From Orbicella franksi (Eukaryota): 64,000 nt of DNA. The stretch spans positions 19,840,001 to 19,904,000 of the forward strand of contig OZ116703.1 in the NCBI GenBank assembly GCA_964199315.1, given 5' to 3'. The notes under the pieces were generated by a model, which searched no databases, was not told the DNA's origin, and saw nothing but the letters and a program-made list of their open reading frames with translations. Shown here piece after piece: positions 13,501 through 24,300 of the stretch (positions are counted from its first letter, which is position 1; every line of letters starts with the position of its first letter). Position numbers and translations under genes: made by a program.

Positions 13501-13797
13501 AAAGGATTTTGAGAAAGTATGAAAAAAGCGCGAGTAATCCCAGGACTCTTTTCTTGTCCTGCCAACAAAAGGCCCATGCGTGTATTTTTGTGGGTTCCCT
13601 GTGCTCTTATTGTCCATTCTGCCCGAATATATGTGTGTCTAAAAGTAAAATGTCTCTTATTGTGAATGTCAAGAAGTCAATTTTCTTCTGTTTTCAGTGC
13701 CATGCAACAGATCCGACAATCAGGACAACAATTATCTTTCCTGGTGGCGAAGTCTGATATTCATGTAGCTATGAAGATCACTGCTTCCAGCTGCTAA
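1297..13797 (+). CDS. RADIL: RADIL-like protein (Ras-associating and dilute domain) with an additional afadin-like N-terminal RA domain; RA-RA-FHA-DIL-PDZ, 15 exons
   Basis: Exons 1297-1545, 1954-2143, 3951-5833, 6291-6325, 6887-7133, 7544-7942, 8048-8198, 9371-9508, 9631-9679, 10097-10287, 10799-11101, 11440-11882, 12428-12493, 13247-13320, 13698-13797; all GT-AG with continuous phase. RA2 (APGILKVFGDHVSPGSNYKSV...ALERY...LWKP...RRFELRK), the FHA, the DIL and the terminal PDZ (GIGLGLIDG...DGRLRLGDRILAVNG...FLVAKSD) match RADIL as I recall it. Confidence 0.9.
1954..2143 (+). CDS. RADIL: RADIL-like exon 2 (afadin-type RA1 domain)
   Basis: TTTCAG|GAT acceptor; DLGFEGALRFYFEDG...LIEKFKPD...LYEVY resembles afadin DLEFHGVMRFYFQD...LAEKFRPD...LYEVH; donor AAG|GTAAC. 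Confidence 0.8.
3951..5833 (+). CDS. RADIL: RADIL-like exon 3 (end of RA1, RA2, FHA, start of pre-DIL region)
   Basis: Contained in the 622-aa ORF; acceptor CTTATAG| at 3950; donor TCA|GTAAGT at 5834. Confidence 0.92.
6291..6325 (+). CDS. RADIL: RADIL-like exon 4 (EKTTEMSKTIE)
   Basis: TTTTCTAG| acceptor and AG|GTATG donor; phases fit both neighbours; matches RADIL EKTKEL. Confidence 0.8.
6887..7133 (+). CDS. RADIL: RADIL-like exon 5 (dilute region)
   Basis: VVFWMANCLEML...IYTFQQTVYHLTK; canonical splice sites. Confidence 0.9.
7544..7942 (+). CDS. RADIL: RADIL-like exon 6 (DIL domain)
   Basis: QLFAYLFFFTNASLFNTLMER...FYRWAKGAQIRGNLDLLESW; canonical splice sites. Confidence 0.92.
8048..8198 (+). 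CDS. RADIL: RADIL-like exon 7 (DIL C-terminus)
   Basis: ADWMTIRRDFPVLNPAQVQQILGEYQL, the LNxAQ dilute motif. Confidence 0.88.
9371..9508 (+). CDS. RADIL: RADIL-like exon 8
   Basis: DILLNFSEHPPLKLPTEGFVLDF, the conserved post-DIL motif; CGCAG| acceptor and CAG|GTAAT donor. Confidence 0.88.
9631..9679 (+). CDS. RADIL: RADIL-like exon 9
   Basis: TTTGGCAG| acceptor and AG|GTTAGT donor; phase 1 in, phase 2 out, fitting both neighbours. Confidence 0.7.
9683..9713 (+). repeat. (AGTG)n microsatellite directly after the exon 9 donor
   Basis: About 7.75 perfect AGTG units visible. Confidence 0.9.
9881..10010 (+). mobile_element. Truncated 5' half of a PIF/Harbinger-like MITE (GGNCCGTCCACAC terminus)
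   Basis: Shares ccggagaaatttgaaaacgca...cattttggatttg...ttcgaaaagct with the fuller copy at 12698-13051. Confidence 0.65.
10097..10287 (+). CDS. RADIL: RADIL-like exon 10 (low-complexity linker)
   Basis: TTACAG| acceptor, open frame VQQPEPEVSHSD...PPSRR, donor G|GTAAA. Confidence 0.7.
10470..10660. mobile_element. MITE with inverted subterminal repeats (cgattagcccc / ggggctaatcg)
   Basis: Mirror arrays gtcgattagccccaaccagaagtcg and cgacttctggttggggg...ggggctaatcgac in RADIL intron 10. Confidence 0.6.
10799..11101 (+). CDS. RADIL: RADIL-like exon 11 (linker)
   Basis: TTTGCAG| acceptor in the frame of ORF 10789-11109; donor CAG|GTTGG. Confidence 0.7.
11440..11882 (+). CDS. RADIL: RADIL-like exon 12 (linker and start of PDZ)
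   Basis: ...VFVVELEKGDDGIGLGLIDGL, the PDZ GLGL loop; donor CTG|GTAAG. Confidence 0.88.
12428..12493 (+). CDS. RADIL: RADIL-like exon 13 (PDZ)
   Basis: YTPLRSPGIYVRTLVAGGPAMK; canonical splice sites. Confidence 0.88.
12698..13051 (+). mobile_element. PIF/Harbinger-like MITE carrying a nested 62-bp mini-element (12747-12808)
   Basis: Termini taggccgcgtctacgct / tgtggtcggggc. The insert has TIR tagcct/aggcta and is flanked by a near-perfect 9-bp duplication aacaatcag / aacaatccg. Confidence 0.7.
13247..13320 (+). CDS. RADIL: RADIL-like exon 14 (PDZ)
   Basis: DGRLRLGDRILAVNGTSLVGADYQ; canonical splice sites. Confidence 0.9.
13698..13797 (+). CDS. RADIL: RADIL-like exon 15 (end of PDZ, stop)
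   Basis: AMQQIRQSGQQLSFLVAKSDIHVAMKITASSC*; TAA ends at 13797; AATAAA near 14335. Confidence 0.88.
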
Positions 13798-14669
13798 TAC
13801 TCTCTGGTAACCATAGCAACCCCTATTATAACGTGATGATGAAGATATTGAAGGTCACTCGTTTCCAAGTCCTCTGCTGTTGACCGCGTAATATTCCAAA
13901 AAATGTCGAGGAGCCCGTGTGATATTTGAAGTGAAAAATGATGGAAACAAATTTTCCAGTGTATTTATCGAGCCTTGGTCCTCTGTGTGAATCTTTTTAC
14001 ACCGTGCTTGTGGTTTTTTCATGTTTTCTAGTCGAATTTTACCAAATTTCTACGAAAATATAGTATTTTTATTACCCAAGTCTTCGCAAGCAACGTATTT
14101 TTTATACTGAGTGTATCTCTAAGAGTGTACATTTTAAAGCCAGTTTACAGCACATTTTAAAAGGGTTCTGTACAGCTGAGGTAGTTCTACACAATGTATG
14201 CGCTTTTCGCTTGTCTGTAACATCCTCAGTCGTTCATATTCGTGTTTTGGATTAAAGATGCATAATTTATTATTATACGTATTGTAATTTATTCAGCATC
14301 ACTTGGCAGCTTTGTGTAGGATGTATTGATTCGTAATAAAAGCGCTTGGTATACTATGCTTTACAGTTATGGCTCCGTCAATTCCAGTCCGCTAATCCCG
14401 CCCCCCCCCCCCCCAACCCCACCCAAAAAAACCGAATACCGATCGATGTTTGTCGAGGAATCCTTGCCCAGAGTGGTTGATGCACCATGATCCGAGTATG
14501 TTGATTAATCTGTTCAGTAAAACGTAAAATCCGTGTTTGGATTTAAAGATCTAATCTCGGATTTTCCAAAGAAGCACCCTTAATTAACACGTACCTGTAA
14601 CCATTGTCGTGGTTTTGGGAAACAGTGCATATCCGAAAGTAACAAAACTTCTGAAGTAATGCGACAACT

Positions 14670-14886
14670 ATAGACGGATTCCGCAATTGCATTTACATCC
14701 TTGCTGCCATCCAATTCAGACCATGTGATGATTCATTTGGGAGGTTACAATTGTTCTGTTTGTACATACTCTCATGCAATCAGTTGCGTGAGGCAAATTG
14801 CACAGTTGTAACCTCCCAAACGAGTCATCACATGGTCTGAATTGGATGGCAGCAAGGATGTAAATGCATTGGCGGAATCCGTCTAT
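14670..14886. mobile_element. Palindromic MITE (ATAGACGG termini, about 80-bp arms)
   Basis: atagacggattccgc...catccttgctgccatccaattcagaccatgtgatga...gggaggttacaa is the reverse complement of ttgtaacctccc...tcatcacatggtctgaattggatggcagcaaggatg...gcggaatccgtctat. Confidence 0.8.
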
Positions 14887-16827
14887 TGGACGTATTGCCC
14901 CACAAAGCTAACAAGGCCTCTTACCGCCATCCTTGGTTCGCACGAGGAAGCACATCTGGGGGTGTGGCCAGTGGGGTTTAGCCTGCGTTGCAGAGGAAAA
15001 TCTAACCCTACCGGCGGTATGTGGAACGTCTGCGATGCACGTTAGTGGGGTTGCGTCCGCTTTAAAAGTGCAGGATTCAAACGAAGAGCACCATAACATT
15101 GCCTTTGATAATGCCCCTCCGCAGGCTAACCTATTGTAAAGTTTAAGAAAAGTTGTCTAACGGCCGACAAATGCGCGGAGGAGGGGGGTGAACAGGTTTG
15201 AAAGTGACGGAGCCATAAAATGTCTTTTCATTTACTCGACCTCGATTCGATCCGCCCTCGATGCCGGTTACTAGAAGATTACTGGATTTTGATCCATCCC
15301 ACGTGAAAAAGATGCCCTCCGTTTTCAGGATTACAGAAAACCGTTCGGCGTACCTCAATCTGATTGGTTATTGCATGCGTGACAGACATTTCAAACCAAC
15401 GACACGCTAGGTTGAATTGGATGTCTCTTGTAGAAAATCATCAGTTTGGTACTCAGAATACGAGGCAGTAAGTGACATGTTTGATTTCTCAGGCTAAATG
15501 CTGTACTTTTCTTCCCCATCCACTGTGCGAGTTAGAAAACACTAAAATGGAACATGTCATTGCCGCCAGGGAGGTTGACTTACGATCACGTGGACGGCCC
15601 AAGCCGCATTGCACGCATTTTCATCCCGCACAAAAACATCCACGCAACGCGCGTGGTAACGTTATTGGCCAAAGAACTGGGTACCATCTCTAAAAATAGC
15701 TTTAGAGGGATTACCTCAGGAGCAAGGCCTTATGGGCTTCAAACCTCTCACCCTTCATTCTTGACGATACCAAAAACCTTCCTTGGTGACATTGTGGTAG
15801 TTAAGGTTGACCCTCCCCTCCCTTAAACGGATTCCGCGCTGATCGAAGAGTTCAGATACACCATTTGTGTAACTATTACTATTAAGTGTCCATTGCCCAT
15901 GTTCCAAACGAGCAAGGGACGGGGTATATCAAAAATCGATTTGAAAAACCGACTTTGGTACCTAGTTAGTACTTTTACCAAATGTCAGTGTTCTTGGTTC
16001 AAACACAAAGATGTATTGCACTTTGGGAAAGCTCTGATTTAAGAGAGCTTTGTATGCATGGTTTAGAGAAGTGCCTGACCTAGCCCATTGCTAGCGCAGA
16101 GAGCAAGCAGTGTAATCAAATGTTTATTTTATAAAACCTCTTTCTTCAAAGTAAACTCAACTTGCCAGTGTAAACAGTTTTATCGTCTTGGTTACGTAAT
16201 TAAAGATAGGGAATTACCTTAATGGGAAGACTCAATCAACCCAGCCGTCAAAAAGAAAAATAATCAATTCGAGTTGATTTGTTGAAAACGGGATCATTCT
16301 CCGTCATTTTTTAAAAGTAGCGTTTTGGTTACAGTTTTATATTAGAATTTGTTTGACTTTACATGCAAAACCAAACGCACTGAACCAGCATTCCATTGCT
16401 ATCCCGAAATTTCGTCAAACATAACTTCTCAAAACCATATTTATTACGTACAATCAAATTTTCCCCACGTCCGAAGCGCATGCGCACTGTTTTTCACTCC
16501 ACGTCGGTCACATTCTCGTATTTTGAGACCTCGTTACATGTGACCATAGGTGGAAAAACGAAGCGTACCACCAAATTCCAGTGCATAATGCAGCAATTAC
16601 TTTTACGGAAGCATCGCCTTTTGACAATATTCTCACATTACTCGAAGAGCTCCAATCGGAAAGCAACATGACCTGACCCAGATACATGACGTTGCCTTCC
16701 AACCTCTGTCACTAAAACCGCGGGCTGAACTGACCTTTTATTGTCCATGAGTCAAAACGTGAATTGAGCAACATGGTTATGACTTTAGACCCAGTGGCGA
16801 GACGTCTCAAATGAAACCTATTTATCA

Positions 16828-17377
16828 GGCGCGGTTTTTTCGAAAGCTGGATAACGCTATCCATCGGATAAACCACTATCCAGTGCCTGTGCATAGCGTG
16901 GTTTGTTTTGTCAAGGTCATTCCCCAGTGATGCATTGCGCATCCCTACTGCGCATAATTTCACGCGTGATTGGCGCGCGTGCATTAAAAAATGGCGGCTA
17001 TTTCTTTACGGCTTGACCTCGCCATAATGGTAAATCGTCATTTTCTCGAAAACGAGTATGGTGACCTATCATTTTTTTTTGTTGCTTTGAATTCAGTAAT
17101 AAATTTCTCCATGTAAAATAAATATGGATCAATTCTCAGTGTAGAACAAGAAACAATCGTCGGAAACGTGAATTTAGCACGCAATCGTGGCTATAATCAT
17201 GGTGCTATTATCGAACATGGGGACCCCTCATTTTTATCTCAAAATTTAAGTTCCTATGATATAAAAATCAATACGCAAAGTTTGACGAGAATCTCAGTGC
17301 AGGTTCTATTTCAGTGGAATGACCTTAACACTTATCCACTGGATAGTGGCATATCCGGCCTTCGAAAAACCCGACCC
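16828..17377. mobile_element. Common ggataacgctatcc-type MITE split by a nested TTAA-target (Kolobok-like) element at 16915-17324
   Basis: Host halves ...ctggataacgctatccatcggataaaccactatccagtg...ttttg and acacttatccactggatagt...; insert TIR GGTCATTCC/GGAATGACC flanked by TCAA/TTAA. Confidence 0.75.
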
Positions 17378-17437
17378 AGTACGTTAAGTTGTACTATGCT
17401 CCATAAGGTGGTTCTAACTCTTTAGGTCTGTGATTGT

Positions 17438-17984
17438 TCTTTACACCCGCTTTCAGCGTTACATGCATAGCGACTATCTTTCGACATGCCATCTTTCGAC
17501 ATGCTATGTAACCTGGCTCACGTCAAAAATGTAAGCACAACTGGCTTCTTTACGGTCGAACTCGACTTTTAGTCATGAAAGATGGATTTACTTGACATCA
17601 AACTAACGCTAGGAGTATCAAGAAAACATTCTGTGAGGGATAAATCGACTGTTTTGAATGTTTATATCTTTCGAACTGAGCGGTAGCGGCCCAATTCTAT
17701 CAGAAGTCGCCACTGAGAACCAATCTACACTAAAATCGACCACACTAAAATCGTTTGAATTATCCCGTAAATCGGGAAACATGCAAAGTCGACAATCTTC
17801 TTCCTTCATTTGAGGTTGGTAATTATCATTTATTTGTCATTTGTACCGCTAATAACCGAAAAAAGTGCCAGTTTCACAGTTAAACGGTCTTTCAGTCGTT
17901 TACATAGCATGTCGAAAGATGGCATGTCCAGAGATGGTCGAAGGATGTCGCCTATGCACGTGACACTAAAAGCGGGTGTAAAGA
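17438..17984. mobile_element. MITE with about 70-bp terminal inverted repeats
   Basis: tctttacacccgcttt...catgcatagcgac...tttcgacatgctatgtaa versus ttacatagcatgtcgaaa...gtcgcctatgcacg...aaagcgggtgtaaaga. Confidence 0.7.
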
Positions 17985-18368
17985 CAACATATTGCTACGT
18001 TTTTCAACTCTATCAAAGGGTTAAATATTCAGATACCGGATGCTGCTCACTCAAGGGATTATAACGAGGCTTTGTGAGAAAATCGACCACTGAAATAAAG
18101 AAAAAAGCCCAACAAATGAAAAGTCTAAATTTCGCGAAACGGAAACGAAACTAAACATTGCAGACCTAACAACAACTTATGCCTCACTGCGCTAAACACA
18201 ACGGGGAATAGGGATTACAGCTGAGAAAGCAGCTCGCTTCCTTTACAACAAGAAGTACAGCTTGATGGCAGACTTCAAATTTAGAGCTCAATAGTTTAAG
18301 ACAAATTGCAGGAAATGACAGCAGAAGAGCGCAACAGAAGAGCACTGCAAGATCTGGACTTGGCGTCG

Positions 18369-21300
18369 TTACTGAAGGAAAAAAACAAAGAAGATTTAGT
18401 TGTACTGTCTTTTCTTTGAAAGTAAATTGAACTTGGCAACATTTCATGCATACCTTATGCGTTGAGCAGAATATCGTAAAATTGTCCTCGATGAATGAAC
18501 AACCTGGAAATAAGGAAAAACTCAGTTTAGACAGACCACCAACATGACGGAATCAATGCTTTTTTTATCAAGTTCCAAGAAAAACCATCAATGCTATAAA
18601 ATTAATGACATGAAATTCTTGTAAGGTCAAGATTGATGTGCCCCTCAATCGCAGATGCGCGGAAAGCTGCGCAGTATGTTTTTTCCACTCTCAACAAAGA
18701 GGCCGGACTTAAAGAGCGACGGAAATAGAGCCTAATTCGTGTGCTACTTAGCATTTCCTGGAGCTAACAAGTAATAATTAAAAGCATAGGTAATCATACA
18801 GTTTCGAGTTTAATTTGGAATTAATTTGCACGAGTGATTTTTTTTTTATTAATAATGCAAACATGAAAATTCGCATGGAGGAACTGCCGGAAGATCTTTC
18901 TTGAAGCCATGTTTTCTCATTGGAGAAAACTTTTTCAAAGTTCCTGCACAAAATTTTGGTCATCATTTTACGTGATATTATTGGCTTAGAAAATTTCCTA
19001 TTGTCTTTCAGCCAATCATAATCCAGATTATGATGTGTAATTTGCACTGGTGTTACACTTAAACTGCACTGCTCTCAGCCAATCAGAATCGAGTAATTTT
19101 TTCATGTATATTATTAGTATAATAAAAACCAACGTGTAAAAACCTAGATTTTTAGAAGTCTGGCAAAAAAGATCCTTGTATTTTGGGGTTGTTATTGGCA
19201 ATTTAGGCTAAGCAGATTCTTAATTGCTTTGAAGGAAAAACAGTTGTTGATTACCAGAAAAATAAACATACTTGGGTTTGGTCCTTAAATATACAGTATA
19301 TATTCACAAATGTATTAAGATAAGCCTAACACAATTGATTACAGACTGCACATACAGTGTTGACTCTATAACAATAGTTCGTACAGTGGAACCTCGATTT
19401 GACCAAGTCGCTAGGGACCGGCCAAATTTGTTCGTTAAATCGAGGGTTCGTTATATCGAGGTCATAGTTAATAATTGATTTGTAAACACGCAATTCAATG
19501 CAATTTTCGTCACCCAGAAGTGCCGCGTTTTGAGATGCAATTCATTAAGCATGGTGGCTTTCAGTATCAATTATTTTCACTTTTGAGCAGACACGCAGCT
19601 TTTGTTTACAAAAGAGCGACACTTCCAGAGTAGCGATTTAAAAATGTTGCAACATAGAGGTTATACAGAAAATTGTCTATGTAAACAAGGAAACACAGTA
19701 ATTCGTTATATCGAGGTAGATTTTACGTTTGGGCTTCCGGATTATGTTCGTTATATCGAAGAATTCGTTATATCGAGGTTCATTATATCGAGGTTCTATT
19801 CCATACATTTTACTGTAACTTTGGCCGGAACATAGCATATCGTTCGTTATATCCAGGACTTCGTTAAATAGAGGTTCGTTAAATCGAGGTTCCACTGTAA
19901 TTTAACTTTAACCCACAAATAAGAATCTGATTGATCCTGCTTGGCTGAACAGATTCTTAAATTTTTGGGATTTAAAATTTCTGTTTTCAGGTTCTTAAAC
20001 CACTGGGTTCTTACAGGCAGGTTTTTACTGCATCGATTCCTATCAACAGCCACTTCAAAATAACATTGTATTGTCGAGCAGCAGTCCGGTAATGAGAAGA
20101 AGGAAAATCATCAACTAAACTGTAGGGTACCTGAATCTCTGGCGCAAGCGTAGTGGAACATTTTATTACAACCTCGTTTGAAGCAGGCCAGGGTAGCCCC
20201 GAGTTCAGAACACTTGGTGCATTTCTGTTCAAGAGAAAACAGGATTAATACAAACGTGAACACCATTGCCAGGCCCTTCCACGTTGGCATCATCATACCA
20301 TAGCATTGATTCAAGGGTTGGCTGAATGGAACCTTCCGCGGGTTCAGTGCACCTTATCATTCAGTGGATCTTCCTCAGACCATAAGGTGACTAGTAGCCC
20401 TCAGTTCTAGCCACTGATTCTGTTTACTCGCAATACAATCTTCAATACAATCTTCACGTGACACTATTGAATGTCAACCAAGAAAATGGCAACTCACATC
20501 CCAAATCACCCCACACCCACACCCCACCTCCATCTTTCCCCCAACCCACATTGGCTTGTCAGAGCTCCTCAATAACATATTGTGAGGTTCTAATTTGGCA
20601 ACATTTACATTAGAGCAAAACAAAGTTCCAAACTATTCAATTACAGATGCTCTTTGCAGTGTTAAAGCAAAAATCATTCTAAATTAAAAACGTTCCGCTC
20701 TTGAAACGAGTCAGGAGAAATTTGAATCGGGCATATTAGAGGATACAATTAGCCATCTTTTAGTCTGTCGAGGACGAGGCAAAAGAAAGCGCGAGAGGAA
20801 AAATAGGTGGGCATACCATCTATGCTGAAACAGTACGGGGCGAGGCGGGGGGGGGGGGGGTAGGGGTAGCAGTACGGAGACGAGAAAGGGATTGGGAAGA
20901 GACAGGGCTGCGGTCTCGCACATGCCGTCTCCTTCGCAGGCGTTATTAGGGTCGTCAAGCAACACGACCCTAATAACGGCTGCGAAGAAGACTACGCTTC
21001 TCAAAGATAAACGCTCTGTGGACTCTGAGAGAAAAAGCCGACCGCAAACAGTCTAGGATAAATTCAGCAACATAAACGAATCCGAAACGTCACTATACTA
21101 CAAGTTTAACGTTAGGGAACGCATCTGTAAAGCAATGAGACAATAAGAGACCGAAGATCTTGCATAAGGCAGAAAATTGAGTTGACTTACGTGTTGTGCC
21201 GCACTTTCCACAGCTTGCTCCAAACCATGGATGGTTCTTCCAAGCATGAAGACACCCGGCGACCAAACTCCGCAATCTCGATGAATCCACAAGTCTACGT

Positions 21301-24300
21301 CGCAGGTTTCACCATCCAATTGCACGTCTGAGCTCGAGCTCGACTTCCGACCAGGTGAGGACAATTTCTGCGACTGTTTGCCTTCCTTCGAAGTACTGTC
21401 GGTTTTCTCTTTAGAGAATTTTGTTTTGTAAGGTCCGTAGAGATCGCCTAACAAGTTATAACCGCTTCCCTTACCGCAGAGGGAACACACCCAAGAGTCG
21501 CCATCGATGCCGCCACGAGGTCTGGTTGAGATGTGTTTCACCGGTGAACTCGATGTGGACACTTTACGTTTCTTCGGAGATTTACTCGCACTCACCGTTG
21601 GAACTTCCAGAGGTCGTTTGGACGCAGCCGAAGATGCGCCAGACGAGGACATTTCTTGAACAGCGACGGCAGTTTTCGAAAATTTACGTTTCGCCGCGAG
21701 TTCCTGCGCGTTCAATTCTTCAATTTCCATTTCATCTTGCTTTCGCTTCACTTTATGAACGTATGATTTTCGCTTTTGTTTGTCTTTGCTTCCTACGGGC
21801 CGGCCGCGTGGCAACTTTGGTGTTGACCCTTGATTTGTCTGTTCTGATGGAGAAGACTTTTCTTCGTGTTTATTGGGAGTTTTCGAGTCTGGATCGTGTT
21901 TTCCTCGAGGAGATTCGGAGTTGTTATTTTGTTTTTCTTTTGCAGCTGTGATGTCGCTTTTTTCAGCCTGTGTCGGTGACATTTTAGAAACTTTCGAAGT
22001 CGGTAATTTCTCAATCTTAACAGTCATTTTGCTATTGGGCGGACGTTCCGGCTTTTGAACAGTTTCGTGGCTCTTCTTATTACCAGAAGGGCTTTCAGTG
22101 TCGGCCTTTTCCTTGACTGAAACTATTGATTTTGATGCCTTGTCGTCTCGACTGCCTTGGGAATTTCCAGTCTGAGCTCGTTCGTCTTTCCTTTCTTTAG
22201 ATGCCTCGTTTCCATCATCTCCCTTAGTTGCAGCTGCTAGTTGTTTGTTCGCCCCTTGCTGACCCGAACCTGTTTTCACCGGGTTCACAATAATCAACTG
22301 GGGATTCTGCTTGGATGCGTCATCTTTGGAGCTGACCGTCTGCACCGGCACCAAGATGTTGCCTTGGATGAGGTACATCTGTCCAGACGTGGTCTTGGCC
22401 ACCATGACCTGCTGATTGTTCTGAGAAGACTTGCCCTTGGCGATGATGGTGGCCTTGATGGGAGCCGCCTGTTGTTGGGTGGTGCGAGCTGTGGCTGTGG
22501 GCTGCTGTACTGTCTGAATTCCCAGCGTTCTATTCTCGACCACAGGAGCGCTGCCGCTTTCTGATTTCTCTCGAGTCTTATGTAGCAGGCGGTCATCATC
22601 ATCTGACGACAAGCGTTCATCACATCTCAAAGAAGGCACAGCCGGTTTGCCTTCCTTCTTCTGGACTTTCACAGCTTGTTCAGCATCACTACTCTTAGAG
22701 GGTAGTTCCTCCTTAGCCTTACCACTTCCTTCGCAAGCATCTGCTTTGCTGCTTGCTTCATCTTTCTCTGCTAATACCTTCTCTTTGCTGACCAATTCTT
22801 TAAGCTTTTCAGGTTCCTCAGTATCTTTGGTTGTAGTTTTATTTGTCTTATCGTCAAGGTCCCTTTCCTTATCTTCACCGACAGTATTCGTGTTATCAAC
22901 ATCCGCAGCAGGGGTATCACGATTCGTTTCCTCTCCCGTTTTGTCTAATTTTCCAGTCTCTCTACCGGCATTAATTGACGAATCAACGGCTTCATCGCTT
23001 AGTTGACTGGTGGTTCCTAGTTCCGAGACGTTTTTCGCAGATTTGCTATCTAATTCGCCAAAGGTGTCAATAGTTTCGCCAGTTTTACTATCAGCTTTAT
23101 TTGTTTTGTCCTCAGCTTTATCAGTTACACTAGAGGTTCTAGTTGTCTCTGCACCAGTTCTTTGGCTTTTATCATCAGCTTTGACATTCTTTTCTGGATT
23201 GGCAGCTTCACTTTCCTTATTAACTCTTTGGTGTTCCACTTTACTGCTCGATTCGCCTTCTTTACAATAAACATTTTTACCACTAGAAATGTCGCTGCCT
23301 TCACATAACGTTTCTTTAACTTTTTCAGTGGCTTCGCTAGCCAAAACCTCGTCTTTTACGTTGGATTCCACTTTCTTAGTCGGAGAAGCGTTACTTTTGT
23401 CAGACTCTCGGATTGTATCTTTAACATTACTGTCTGATTCGCCAGTTTCCGCCGTGACAGTTTCACTTTCTTTACGCTCTTCACTGATATTTGCAATCAG
23501 CAGTGAAGCCTTTGAGGTTGTGTCTTCTCCTACTCCTTTATCTGGCTTTGTCCTGTTCACTTCACTTAGGTTTTGATCCTCCCCAACATTGCCACAAGAT
23601 TCATCCTCCTTACTGACCGATGAATTCTGCAAACTTATCTCTTCCTGACCACCTTGCCGCCTTAAAGCCTCTGTCTTCGTGATTCTATTTGACACATTTT
23701 GCTCGTTAGATTTCCTTTCCGCAGTTTCGGCCTTATCCAGCCCTTCGACGTTTTTGAAGAAGTCTCTTCTGTCTCTCGTTTTTTCTTCTGTCTTACTTTT
23801 ATTTCCATCTATGCAGTCCTTTTTAATGGTCGGAGGTGACACAGATGGGCGGTCAGCATCGGAGGCGCTTCTTCTCTGGCGAGGTACACCTTTCTGGCCT
23901 TCACCCACTTTCTTTGAAGCAGTTGGTTTCTGTTTAAACGAACACTGTACAGCATTTGACACGGTTCCTGTTGTTTCCAAAATTCCCTCACTGGGATCAC
24001 TGCTTCGCGGAGAAGAAGCCTTCTCTTTCTTTGCCACAGGTTTCTTGATAGAACCTCTCTCTTCGAATCCAAGCTGGCCTGCCCTTGTGGCATCTGGGCT
24101 TTTGGGGTTTGGTGAAGGTGCCTTAGATGGAGGAGATCTCTTGAGAGGAGGGGAAGGCATCTTTAGTGTGTTCTGTTGTCCGGGGTACGATGCTCGGCGC
24201 TGGGTTAGGCCTCCAGTCTTGGTGCCACCCATCAGTTGCTGTGACTGATAGTGTGACTGTGGCAAAGTCGTACTGGGCTGAACAAACATGCAGGAACTTT

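Noticed and set aside
15472-15830. Short ORFs and a possible 61-nt minus-strand intron with a YHARC-like stretch
   Set aside because: An in-frame stop lies immediately upstream and no coherent protein results; possibly a decayed element but unsupported.
19440-19890. Regularly repeated cgttatatcgagg motifs resembling a CRISPR array
   Set aside because: Irregular spacing, enclosed by Tc1/mariner TIRs with TA ends, eukaryotic context and no cas genes.
20111-20130. Apparent truncation of the ePHD (GTLQFS*)
   Set aside because: The missing CxxH ligands are in the 50-bp exon at 18503-18454.
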